NCBI GenBank assembly: GCA_964511015.1
Contig: CAZEDX010000007.1
Span: 11,337-75,336 of the forward strand
Direction of reading: 5' to 3'
DNA length: 64,000 nucleotides
Source of the DNA: an uncultured bacterium
GTDB lineage: Bacteria; Lernaellota; Lernaellaia; Lernaellales; Lernaellaceae
Shown here piece by piece: positions 42,114 to 51,040 of this stretch. How positions within the stretch are numbered: the first letter of the stretch is position 1; the number at the start of each line of letters is the position of its first letter. The notes below the pieces were generated by a model. It did no database searches. It saw only the letters and a list, made by a program, of their open reading frames with translations, and was not told the DNA's origin. Position numbers and translations under genes: made by a program.

Positions 42114-43625
42114 CTAGGTCGGGCCGGTGTGATCGACATCCGTTTGGCGCGGCTTTCCCGACCGTCGAACGACGGGCATGAGGGCCACGCCGGCCAGGGC
42201 GACCATCTGGGGTATTACGAGGAGCCGGAAACGATTGTTCTCGCCGAGTTCGGCGGCGTTGCCCACCACGACGACGAACAGTACGTTGAAGCATAGCAGA
42301 CCGACGGTCCAGCGCCACGCCACGGCGTCACGGTCGGGGAAACGACGTGCGCGCCAGGCCAGCACCATTACCACGACCAGGATTGCGGCATATCCGACCA
42401 CGTCGAACCAGCAGACCTCCGCCAGGCCGTCGCCAAAGCAGCCACACAGCGCGAGGTGATAGACCTGATCCCACCAGCCCAATATCTGGCGATTGCGCTC
42501 GACAAACGGATAGCGGCTTGGCGGATAGAAAAACGTCAAGTAACCGCGTCGGAGGTTGGCCAGATCGGCCGCCGGATGCGTCGCGAACAGACGCAACGCG
42601 TCACGCCCATACTGGCGAGAGATGGCCACATAGCCCAGATGATGGAAATTGACGGCGCCGGTCGATTTGGTCGGCTGATCGAGTAGCGGCACGCCGGTTG
42701 GCGGCGGCAGTGGCACTAGATTCTGGTAGGCCGTCAGTACATTGAACGGATGAATCAACACCAGCGGCGAGACCTGTCCCGACTGGGCCAGCATTAGTCG
42801 TTCTTCGCGGGGCAGGTTGGCGGTGATGACGCGGGACAAATTCAAGCCGAACCAGGTGCTGCCGGTAAATTCGCCAAACACCAGGTAGTTCTTCGCGTAC
42901 CAACCGACGGCCAGCAACAGCGGCAACAGAGCGGCGGCGAGCAGTCGTCGTGGTTCGATTCGCCGCGCCAAAAGCAGAGCGGCGATGACGATCAAAAACC
43001 AGAGCAGCGAAAACAGTGAGCGTAGCAGCACCAGCGCGGCGAGGCAGGCAAAAAAGGCCAGTCCGTCGCGCGTCCGTTCGCGTTGCAGGTAAGCGTGCAA
43101 GCGCGACGCGGCGACGACCAACAACAAGGCCGTCGGCAATTCATAAAACAGGTAGTTCTCGTAGAGCAGCAAATCCGGACTGATGGCGAACAGCGCAGTC
43201 AGCGCACCACGCAAGCCCGGCGCGACCTTCAGTCGTGCCAGCAGGAAATACAATGCCAGGCACAATGCCCAACCAAGAAGCAGAAACGCCGTTTGGAACA
43301 GCCACACCGCGTTCTCGCCGCCGAGCTTTAACCCGAAGCCCAGAAACAGGTTGAACAACGGAGGCTGGCCGCCAAGATAGAAAATACTGCGCGCCAAATC
43401 GGTGCGGAGCAACGCCGGGTCGATGAATTGCCAACACCGGCCCAGCGTCGAGGCGTCGAACCGCACACCGGCCACGTACGCCGCCACACGTGCCGACCAG
43501 AACAGCAGCGAGAGGACGACGCCGCCACCACGCACAGTCCGTGCGTAAGCGATAATCCGGCCACAAGAGGTGTTTCCGGTCACCTGGCCGCCTTTGTTGT
43601 GCAATGACGGTTGATCTTCGCGCAA
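42114..43625 (-). CDS. Polytopic membrane protein, probable GT-C-like
   Basis: About 10 hydrophobic segments, QPPLFNL, YELPT, large loop with KNY..FG, terminal ENNRF; start uncertain. Confidence 0.6.
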   Translation of the reverse strand: MREDQPSLHNKGGQVTGNTSCGRIIAYARTVRGGGVVLSLLFWSARVAAYVAGVRFDASTLGRCWQFIDPALLRTDLARSIFYLGGQPPLFNLFLGFGLKLGGENAVWLFQTAFLLLGWALCLALYFLLARLKVAPGLRGALTALFAISPDLLLYENYLFYELPTALLLVVAASRLHAYLQRERTRDGLAFFACLAALVLLRSLFSLLWFLIVIAALLLARRIEPRRLLAAALLPLLLAVGWYAKNYLVFGEFTGSTWFGLNLSRVITANLPREERLMLAQSGQVSPLVLIHPFNVLTAYQNLVPLPPPTGVPLLDQPTKSTGAVNFHHLGYVAISRQYGRDALRLFATHPAADLANLRRGYLTFFYPPSRYPFVERNRQILGWWDQVYHLALCGCFGDGLAEVCWFDVVGYAAILVVVMVLAWRARRFPDRDAVAWRWTVGLLCFNVLFVVVVGNAAELGENNRFRLLVIPQMVALAGVALMPVVRRSGKPRQTDVDHTGPT

Positions 43626-43682
43626 GCGTCTTCAGTATGACGCGGGCCTGATCGAATGAAAACCCGGCGTGATCGCGAAGGC

Positions 43683-44606
43683 CTACACCATTCCGCCCTG
43701 GTCGACCGGCTCGTACGGATCGTAGATATCGGTGAACGGGTCGGTGCGGTGCAGGTAGATGTACTGCAGGAACTTGGCGAGCTTGCGCACGGCGCCCATG
43801 TCGTTGGCCTGGGTGCGGTGCGGCCGCGTGAACTCGGCGGCCACGTCGATGCACAGCAGGTCGTTGATGCACGGCTGGCGCGCGTCGAATTTTTCGGTGT
43901 AGGGCAGGGGGTCGTAGCTGCCGATCAGCTTGGTGATCCAGTAACGATTCAACGCATAATAAGTATTAGCGACCTTGAACGGCTCGCCGGGCACATCGGC
44001 GTCGGCCTTGGCCGCGAGGCGAATGCCGGCGGTCGCGAAGCGCGAGGCGATCTGGTGCTCGGGGTGGCCGGTGAAGCCGTGAATCGGGGAGAAGGTCAGC
44101 ACGATGTCCGGTTTGAACTGGCGGATCGACTTGGCGATTTTCACCGCCGGGTCGCCGTTGGTCGCCGTCCACTTCTCGGCGATCTTGTGCCGCGGCGGAA
44201 ACGTCTCGGTCGGCAGCGGTGCATTCCAGTAGTAGTGGTGCTCCAACTCGGCGCCGTAAAGCTTGGCCACCTGCTTGAGCTCCTCGCCGCGCACCGTCGC
44301 GACGTCGGGATAACAGCCCTCGGGGAGGCCGCATTCGCCGCCGTCGCCGTGCGTCAGCACCAGCATGTACAGTGGATTGCCGAGCTTCGGACCGGCTTTG
44401 GCCATGATCGAACCGGCGAGCGATTCGTCGTCCGGATGCGCCGCGATCCACATCAGCCGCGCGCCCTTTTCCAGCAGTTCGTCGATGGGCGCGGCGCCCT
44501 CGCGGACCAACTGCGGCCCCGCGCAGCCCGCCAGCATGGTAGAGGAGGAGAGGGATAGACCGGCCACCGCGCCGGCCGAGAGTCTGAGAAAATCGCGACG
44601 GTTCAT
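43683..44606 (-). CDS. PIG-L/LmbE-family deacetylase, Tat-exported lipoprotein
   Basis: MNRRDFL twin-arginine motif, lipobox LAGC, AHPDDE, LTHGDGG, R..E, GHPEH. Confidence 0.88.
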   Translation of the reverse strand: MNRRDFLRLSAGAVAGLSLSSSTMLAGCAGPQLVREGAAPIDELLEKGARLMWIAAHPDDESLAGSIMAKAGPKLGNPLYMLVLTHGDGGECGLPEGCYPDVATVRGEELKQVAKLYGAELEHHYYWNAPLPTETFPPRHKIAEKWTATNGDPAVKIAKSIRQFKPDIVLTFSPIHGFTGHPEHQIASRFATAGIRLAAKADADVPGEPFKVANTYYALNRYWITKLIGSYDPLPYTEKFDARQPCINDLLCIDVAAEFTRPHRTQANDMGAVRKLAKFLQYIYLHRTDPFTDIYDPYEPVDQGGMV

Positions 44607-44872
44607 GGCAACACCTCCGGACGCGTGAACGACCTAGCGTGTATAAGACCAATCGACGGCCCTGTAAAGATACGCTCGCGGTTGGTGCCACTTCGTCGCC
44701 GCGCCCGCGCCGCAGGTCGCTGAGTTGACACCTCCGGCCCCGTCGCCTAGTGTGAGGGCCGAAAAACGGTAGGCGAAATCCGGTTATTGGCGCACGCGAC
44801 CATTGCGGTTGGGCAGGTGTCCGATAGCGCGGACTTCGTAGTTTGTGACGTGTAAATTGCGGCGAGCGTAAT

Positions 44873-46537
44873 TTGTTTCAGCCCCAACTGACCATCGGCC
44901 CGGGCGTCGTCCTGGCCAACAAATACCAAATCATCGAGCGCATCGGCGCCGGCGGCATGGGGGCGGTGTATCGCGCGCGCGAGATCGATTTCCACGTCGA
45001 CCGCAGCGTGGCGATCAAGGTGCTGCCGCCGCAATACGCGGGCGATCCGCGCCTGACCCGCCGCTTCGCCGAAGAGATCAAGATTGCCGCCCAACTCGAT
45101 CACCCACACATTGTGCCGATCTATTTCGTCGGCCGCGAAGCCGACTGCCTGTTCTTCGTGATGAAGCACCTGCGCGGCGAAACACTCAAGGCGCGCGTCG
45201 CCCGTAGCGGCCCGTTGCCGCCGCGCTTCGTTGTGCGCGTGATGGGGCAGATGGCCCGCGCGCTCGATTCGATCCACCGCAAGGGTGCGATCCACCGCGA
45301 TATCAAGTCGGTCAACATCATGATCGACGACGACGGCAACGCTACGCTGATGGACTTCGGCATCGCGAAGATGGAAGGTGGCGCCGAGCTGACCACCACC
45401 GGCGAAGTGCTGGGCACCGCGCCGTACATGGCGCCGGAGCAGTGGCACGGGCAGAAGGATCCGCGGTCCGACATCTACGCCCTGGGCATCGTGATGTATG
45501 AAGCGCTCACCGGCACCCCGCCGTTCGTCAGCGACAAGCTGCCGGAGGTAATGGATGCTCATCTGCGCCAGGCGCCGCAGCCCGTCCGTGACGCGCGGCC
45601 CGAGGTGCCCGAAGCCTTGGCCGAGGTGGTGCATCGGTGCTTGGAAAAGATCCCCGACAAACGCTACGCGACCGCCGGCGATCTGGCCCAGGCGCTGGAT
45701 TTCGTTGATCGCAGTCTGCCGCCCGATCTGCCCGCCGACACGCCGCCGCCCGCGCCGCCGCCGAGCGACGATCCGCTGGCCGCCGCGATTGCGGAATCCG
45801 ACCGGCAGGTCAACGACGGTTACCCCCGCCAGGCGCGCCAGATTCTCAGTGACGCGGTCGGCCGCGCCACGCCGCCGGCCGAGGTGATCGAACGGCTCGA
45901 TAAACTCGCCGCGCTGGCGATGAGCGACGACCAGGCCAAGGTCCGGGCGCAGAAACTGCTCGATCAGCAGAAACCGGCCGAGGCCGAGAAGGTCATTCGT
46001 GACCACTTGCGCGAATATCCGGCCAGCCGCATCGGCAACCTGCTGGCATCGATCTACCAATCGCCGACCGGTTTGCGACAGGCGATCTACGGCGCCGACA
46101 CGCCCACGCGGGTCGCCGCAGAAGCCGCCACGCTCATTGTGCGTCCGCCGCGGCGCATGTGGCCGAAGATCCTGGCCATCGCCATCGCGCTGTTGGTGGT
46201 CGCCGGCGCGATCGGCGGCACATTCGTGTTCTCGTCAGCCACCAGCAAAGGGCTGCTCTATCTGGGCAACCATTTCTACGGCCGGCAGTGGTACGTCTCG
46301 CCGCCGGTCGTCAACGCCGCCGCGGCTTATCATCTGGCGCTGGTCTACAATAACCACAACGACGACGCGAAGAAGGCGTTGGACAACATGGCCGCTCACC
46401 TGTACCGCACCGGACGCGAGTTCCGCAAACGCGGCGACCTGAACAGCGCGGTGCAGTACCTCGGCTGGGCGATTGAGATCAACCGCGATCCGGATTGGGT
46501 GCGCACCTACGAGCAGTACAAACAGGCGCAGAAATAG
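44873..46537 (+). CDS. Hanks-type Ser/Thr protein kinase with TM and C-terminal TPR-like domain
   Basis: IGAGGMGAVY, VAIK, HRDIKSVN, DFG, YMAPE, DIYALG; TM (ILAIAIALLVVAGAIGG). Confidence 0.93.
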   Translation: MFQPQLTIGPGVVLANKYQIIERIGAGGMGAVYRAREIDFHVDRSVAIKVLPPQYAGDPRLTRRFAEEIKIAAQLDHPHIVPIYFVGREADCLFFVMKHLRGETLKARVARSGPLPPRFVVRVMGQMARALDSIHRKGAIHRDIKSVNIMIDDDGNATLMDFGIAKMEGGAELTTTGEVLGTAPYMAPEQWHGQKDPRSDIYALGIVMYEALTGTPPFVSDKLPEVMDAHLRQAPQPVRDARPEVPEALAEVVHRCLEKIPDKRYATAGDLAQALDFVDRSLPPDLPADTPPPAPPPSDDPLAAAIAESDRQVNDGYPRQARQILSDAVGRATPPAEVIERLDKLAALAMSDDQAKVRAQKLLDQQKPAEAEKVIRDHLREYPASRIGNLLASIYQSPTGLRQAIYGADTPTRVAAEAATLIVRPPRRMWPKILAIAIALLVVAGAIGGTFVFSSATSKGLLYLGNHFYGRQWYVSPPVVNAAAAYHLALVYNNHNDDAKKALDNMAAHLYRTGREFRKRGDLNSAVQYLGWAIEINRDPDWVRTYEQYKQAQK

Positions 46538-46591
46538 CGTGGGCGCCGGCGTAGAACCTTTACCAAGTGTCGCGCCGGCAGGGGACAATCG

Positions 46592-47002
46592 ATGAGCCAC
46601 CAACTGCCCGAAACCCCGCTGTGCACGGTCGATATCATCATCCGCTTGGGCGACGGCCGCATCGTGCTGATCGAACGCAAGAACCCGCCGCACGGTTGGG
46701 CGATCCCGGGTGGTTTCATCGACCGCGGCGAGTCGGCCGAGGCCGCCGCCGTGCGCGAGGCGAAGGAAGAAACGAGCCTCGACGTAACGCTGGTGCGGCA
46801 GTTCCACGTCTACTCCGACCCGCACCGCGACGCGCGCTTCCATACGCTGTCGGTGGTTTTCGAGGCGACGGCCACCGGCACGCCGCGCGCCGCCGACGAC
46901 GCCAAGCACCTGGGCGTCTTCACCCCTGAAGAGGCGCTGGCTCTGCCGCTGGCATTCGACCACCGGCAGATTCTGACCGATTTCTTTGCCGGGAAGTTTT
47001 AA
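46592..47002 (+). CDS. NUDIX hydrolase
   Basis: [24 protein letters not shown] Nudix box; LAFDH. Confidence 0.93.
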   Translation: MSHQLPETPLCTVDIIIRLGDGRIVLIERKNPPHGWAIPGGFIDRGESAEAAAVREAKEETSLDVTLVRQFHVYSDPHRDARFHTLSVVFEATATGTPRAADDAKHLGVFTPEEALALPLAFDHRQILTDFFAGKF

Positions 47003-47134
47003 GACCGGCAAACCCGACCCACTATATCTAGCCCGCCCGCCACCCCCCGGATACCACCCCTGTGTCGCTTTCATGGGAATGTCCTAAGCTGGTCATTTCA
47101 TGGAATTTTTCGCTGAATCGCGCCTAAAATTTCC

Positions 47135-47163
47135 TTGACAGGTGGGGTTCGATCCCATATGAT
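47135..47163 (+). promoter_or_regulatory. Sigma70 promoter of the dcw operon
   Basis: TTGACA (47135-40), 17 nt, TATGAT (47158-63). Confidence 0.85.
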
Positions 47164-47199
47164 CCCACACCAGTGGGGATCAGTCCCATCAAGTTCCAT
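47142..47199. promoter_or_regulatory. Probable MraZ operator (TGGG/CCCA boxes)
   Basis: GTGGG 47142, CCCAT 47154, CCCAC 47164, GTGGG 47173, CCCAT 47185, CCAT 47196; roughly 10-bp period overlapping the promoter. Confidence 0.7.
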
Positions 47200-47215
47200 T
47201 GCGCGAGGTCGAGCG

Positions 47216-47671
47216 GTGAGATTCACAGGCCTATTTCCCTTGGCGTTGGACGCGAAAGGACGCACGAGCGTCCCCGCGCCCATTCGCGAGGAATTGGCCA
47301 AAGCCGGCATCGACCGTCTGGTGATCACGACCGATCAGGTGCGCGCTTGCGACTGCCTGATCGTTTATCCCGAGCCGGTGTGGGAGAAGCTGATCCGGAA
47401 GTTTGAGCGTCTTCCGGAGATGGATCCGGACGTGGAAGTGTTCCGGGATACCCACATCGCTCCGGCGCAGCCCCTCACGATGGACGGGCAAGGCCGGGTT
47501 TTGATTCCTCAGTCGTTGCGGGACGAGGTGAAACTGGGGAGCAAGGTTGTCGTCGTGGCGGCCGGCGACACGTTTCGGATTTGGGACGCGGACCTCTGGG
47601 CGGCTGATCGTCAGGACGCCAAGGCGCGTTATGCCGAATCCAAAAAGGCGCTGGCAACGAGACTGAGCTGA
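47216..47671 (+). CDS. mraZ: Transcriptional regulator MraZ
   Basis: Two DxxGR motifs (LDAKGR, MDGQGR), FRIW; GTG start 47216. Confidence 0.95.
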   Translation: MRFTGLFPLALDAKGRTSVPAPIREELAKAGIDRLVITTDQVRACDCLIVYPEPVWEKLIRKFERLPEMDPDVEVFRDTHIAPAQPLTMDGQGRVLIPQSLRDEVKLGSKVVVVAAGDTFRIWDADLWAADRQDAKARYAESKKALATRLS

Positions 47672-48621
47672 TGGCCGCGCACCTGCCGGTGCTGCTGGCC
47701 GAGTCCGTGGACCTTTTGGCGCCCCGTGCGGGCGCCGTGCTGGTCGATGCCACGTGCGGGGCAGGCGGTCACACGATGAGGTTGGCGGACGCCGTCGGCA
47801 GCGACGGCTTGGTGTTGGCGATCGATCAGGATGATGCGGCCCTGGCGATCGCGCGAGAGAAGCTGGCGGGAACTATGAACGTCCGATTCGTCCGAGCCAA
47901 TTTCCGTCATCTCGCAAGCGTGCTGCGCGAGCAGGGTGTGAAGCAGGTGGACGGCATTCTCGCCGACCTGGGCGTCAGCTCGATGCAGCTCGACCAGGCC
48001 GAGCGCGGCTTCTCGTTTCGCGCCGACGGCGAGCTCGACATGCGGATGGATCGACGGGAGGCGCTGACGGCGGCCCGCTGGTTGCGCGAAACCGACGAAG
48101 CCGAACTCGGGCGCGTCTTCCGCGACTACGGCGAAGAACGCCGCTGGCGCGCGGTGGCCCGAGCGGTCGTGCGGCACCGCGAAGCAGGCGGCGCCTTCAC
48201 CGGCGGCGAGTTCCAGCGTCTGGTGCATCGCGCGTTGGGCACGCCCCGCAGCGGCGGTATTGACAGCGCCACGCGCTCGTTCCAGGCCGTGCGCCTGGCC
48301 GTGAACGACGAACTGGGCGCGCTGGAAGAATTTCTCGACGCCGCCATCGACGCGCTCGCCCCGGGCGGGCGCCTGGCGGTGATTTCGTTTCACAGCCTGG
48401 AAGATCGGGCGGTGAAACACCGGCTGCGAGAAGCCGCGACCGGCTGCCGCTGTCCGAAGGACCTGCCGGTCTGCGCTTGCGGCGGCCGACCTGTGCTGCG
48501 CTTGCTCGGCAAGGCCGTCACGCCGAGCGAGGACGAGGTGCGGGCGAACCCGCGCGCCCGTTCGGCCCGGCTGCGCGCGGCGGAAAAACTGGCGGACTCG
48601 AAGGAGGCGAACCATGGCTGA
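47671..48621 (+). CDS. rsmH: 16S rRNA m4C1402 methyltransferase
   Basis: HLPVLL, DATCGAGGH, DLGVSSMQLD...RGFSF, LDMRMD, ISFHSLEDR, NPRARSARLR. Confidence 0.97.
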   Translation: MAAHLPVLLAESVDLLAPRAGAVLVDATCGAGGHTMRLADAVGSDGLVLAIDQDDAALAIAREKLAGTMNVRFVRANFRHLASVLREQGVKQVDGILADLGVSSMQLDQAERGFSFRADGELDMRMDRREALTAARWLRETDEAELGRVFRDYGEERRWRAVARAVVRHREAGGAFTGGEFQRLVHRALGTPRSGGIDSATRSFQAVRLAVNDELGALEEFLDAAIDALAPGGRLAVISFHSLEDRAVKHRLREAATGCRCPKDLPVCACGGRPVLRLLGKAVTPSEDEVRANPRARSARLRAAEKLADSKEANHG

Positions 48622-48994
48622 GGCGTTTCGCGAAACCCCGTTTGAACGCCGGCCTGATTCCCTGCACGCGCCGAAGAAGCGCCGTCGCGCCGGCCGTTCA
48701 CCCGAGGAATGGGTCGACTGGCGCAGCGTGGCGCTCTTCCTGGGGCTGCTGACCCTAACCGTGCTGTATATGCTCGTGCTGACCAACGTGCGGGCTGAGG
48801 TCGTGCAACTGGGCTACGAACTGCACGACCTGCAATACAAAGCCGACTCGCTCGAGGTGGAGGTCGGCAATCTGTCGCGGGCGCGGCAGGGATTGCGTAG
48901 CCCGGAACGTTTGCAACAGTTGGCGACCGACCTGAAGTTGGCCAAGCCGAAGCCGGAACAACTCGTGGTGGTGCATGAACACCCGGCGAATTGA
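48614..48994 (+). CDS. ftsL: Cell division protein FtsL
   Basis: Single TM plus leucine-heptad coiled coil, SPERL; canonical position. Confidence 0.85.
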   Translation: MAEAFRETPFERRPDSLHAPKKRRRAGRSPEEWVDWRSVALFLGLLTLTVLYMLVLTNVRAEVVQLGYELHDLQYKADSLEVEVGNLSRARQGLRSPERLQQLATDLKLAKPKPEQLVVVHEHPAN

Positions 48995-51026
48995 CATCTA
49001 CCGCACGCACCGCCGCCGCCGCTCGCAGGCGCGGGCGGCGCGTCCGGGCCGCGCGTTCCATCTGGAGGAAACCCAGAAGGTGCGCGCCGGCATCGTGCTG
49101 GTGTTCTTCATTCTGCTGTTCGCCGTATTGTTGTACCGCGCTTTCGACCTGACCATTCTCAAGCACGACCGCCTGGTGGCGATGGCCGATCGCATGCACG
49201 ACATCTCGATCGAGTTGACCCAGCCGCGTGGCGAGATCATCGACCGAAACGGCGTGCCGCTGGCGGTGCGCACCATGGCCGAGTCGGTGTTCGCCGATCC
49301 GAAAAAGCTCGAAGACGTCGACCAGGCGGTGAAGCTGTTGTCGTCGGCGTTGTCGCTCGACCCGGAGATGCTGCACCAAAAGCTGGCCGACAAGACGCGG
49401 CGTTTCGTGTGGCTTAAGCGCAAGATTTCGGTGCAGGAATCGGCCGCGCTGCCGGCCAAATTGCCGCCCGGTCTCGGCCGCGTCAACGAATCGGCGCGGC
49501 AGTACCCTTACGGCCGCATGGCCGCCGCGTTGATCGGTTTCGCCGACATCGACACGGTCGGGCTGGAAGGCCTCGAACTGCAGTACGACGACGTCCTGGC
49601 CGGCCAGGCCGGCAAGATGATCGGCCAGCGCGACGCGCACCGGCGAATTTTCTTCCCCGACGGCGTGCAGGTGCGCGGCTTCGAACCGGGCGGCACGCTG
49701 CGGCTGACGCTCGACGCTCACATTCAGTGGTATGCTGAAAACGCGCTCGACGCGACGATGGCCGAGTTCAAACCGAAGGGCGCCTGGGCCATCGTGATGG
49801 ACGTGCAGACCGGCGAGATTCTGGCCATCGCCAACCGGCCGACTTACGACCCCAGCAATCCGTCGAAGTACCCGCCGGAAAACCGGCAGAACCGGGCGTT
49901 GATCAACCGCTACGAGCCCGGTTCCACCATGAAGCCGGTGACCATGGCGATGGGCCTGGAAGAGGGCAAGGTCGACCTCAACGAAAAGATCTACTGCGAA
50001 AGTGGCACTTGGCATCTCTATGGCTCGGTGATCCAGGACGCGCACGGCCACGGCTGGCTGACCCCGTCACAGATCATTCAGGTCAGCTCCAACATCGGCT
50101 CTGCGAAAATCGCCATGCGCCTGGGCCGCGAGAAGGTATGGGGTTGGCTGAGCAACTTCGGCTTTTCGCACCCCAGCGGCATCGATCTGCCCGGCGAAGC
50201 CAGTGGCCAGATGCTGCACTGGTCGCGCTGGTACCCAATCGCCGTGGCGACCCACGCTTACGGCCATGGCTTCTCGGTCACCGCGTTGCAGATGCTTTGT
50301 GCCATCTCCTGCCTGGGTAACCACGGCAACCTGATGAGGCCCTATGTTGTGGCCGAAACACTCGATGCCTCGGGCCGGGTGATCACCCGCAACTACCCGC
50401 AGATCCGCGGCCGCATTGTCAGCGAAAAGACGGCGCAGACCGTGGTCGACATGATGAAGCTGGTCACGCAGCAGGGCGGTACCGCCCGCCGTGCCGCGCT
50501 CGACGGTTTCGAAATCGCGGGCAAGACCGGCACCGCCTACAAGGTGAACGGGCAGACCCGCCGCTATGACAAGAGCCGGCTGGTAAGCAGCTTCGTCGGG
50601 CTGGCGCCGGGCTACGACCCGCAGCTCGGCATCATTGTCGTGGTCGACGAGCCGAGCGGACACGCCTACGGCGGCACCTGCGCGGCGCCGGCGTTCCGCG
50701 AGATCGCCGAGAACGCCCTGCGCTACCGCGGCATCTACGGCCGTCAGGGAGCCGAGACACAGCCGACGCCGCCGCGCCCACCGGTGCTGGTGAAGCGCGG
50801 GCCGGCGCCGAGCGCCACGCCCGCGCCGGAAATGCGTGCCGCGGCTGAAGGGCAGACGCCCAACTTCCTGGGCCTGACCATGCGCCGCGCCGTCCGTCTG
50901 GCGATCGAACAAGGCATCGAAATCCGCACCGTCGGCAGCGGGGTGGCGGTCGGGCAGAATCCGCCGCCGCACGAATCGTTGCCGGCGAACAAAGTGGTCA
51001 CCGTGCAGTTCGGACCGTCGAGCTGA
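48975..51026 (+). CDS. ftsI: Septal transpeptidase PBP3 with C-terminal PASTA-like domain
   Basis: RGEIIDRNG, EPGSTMK (SxxK), SSN, GKTGT; C-terminal PNFLGLT...G.G.AV.Q.P. Confidence 0.95.
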   Translation: MNTRRIDIYRTHRRRRSQARAARPGRAFHLEETQKVRAGIVLVFFILLFAVLLYRAFDLTILKHDRLVAMADRMHDISIELTQPRGEIIDRNGVPLAVRTMAESVFADPKKLEDVDQAVKLLSSALSLDPEMLHQKLADKTRRFVWLKRKISVQESAALPAKLPPGLGRVNESARQYPYGRMAAALIGFADIDTVGLEGLELQYDDVLAGQAGKMIGQRDAHRRIFFPDGVQVRGFEPGGTLRLTLDAHIQWYAENALDATMAEFKPKGAWAIVMDVQTGEILAIANRPTYDPSNPSKYPPENRQNRALINRYEPGSTMKPVTMAMGLEEGKVDLNEKIYCESGTWHLYGSVIQDAHGHGWLTPSQIIQVSSNIGSAKIAMRLGREKVWGWLSNFGFSHPSGIDLPGEASGQMLHWSRWYPIAVATHAYGHGFSVTALQMLCAISCLGNHGNLMRPYVVAETLDASGRVITRNYPQIRGRIVSEKTAQTVVDMMKLVTQQGGTARRAALDGFEIAGKTGTAYKVNGQTRRYDKSRLVSSFVGLAPGYDPQLGIIVVVDEPSGHAYGGTCAAPAFREIAENALRYRGIYGRQGAETQPTPPRPPVLVKRGPAPSATPAPEMRAAAEGQTPNFLGLTMRRAVRLAIEQGIEIRTVGSGVAVGQNPPPHESLPANKVVTVQFGPSS

Positions 51027-51040
51027 GTGAAGGAACCCGA

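Noticed and set aside
44675-44690. TGGCAC on the minus strand upstream of the PIG-L gene
   Set aside because: No GC at the -12 position.
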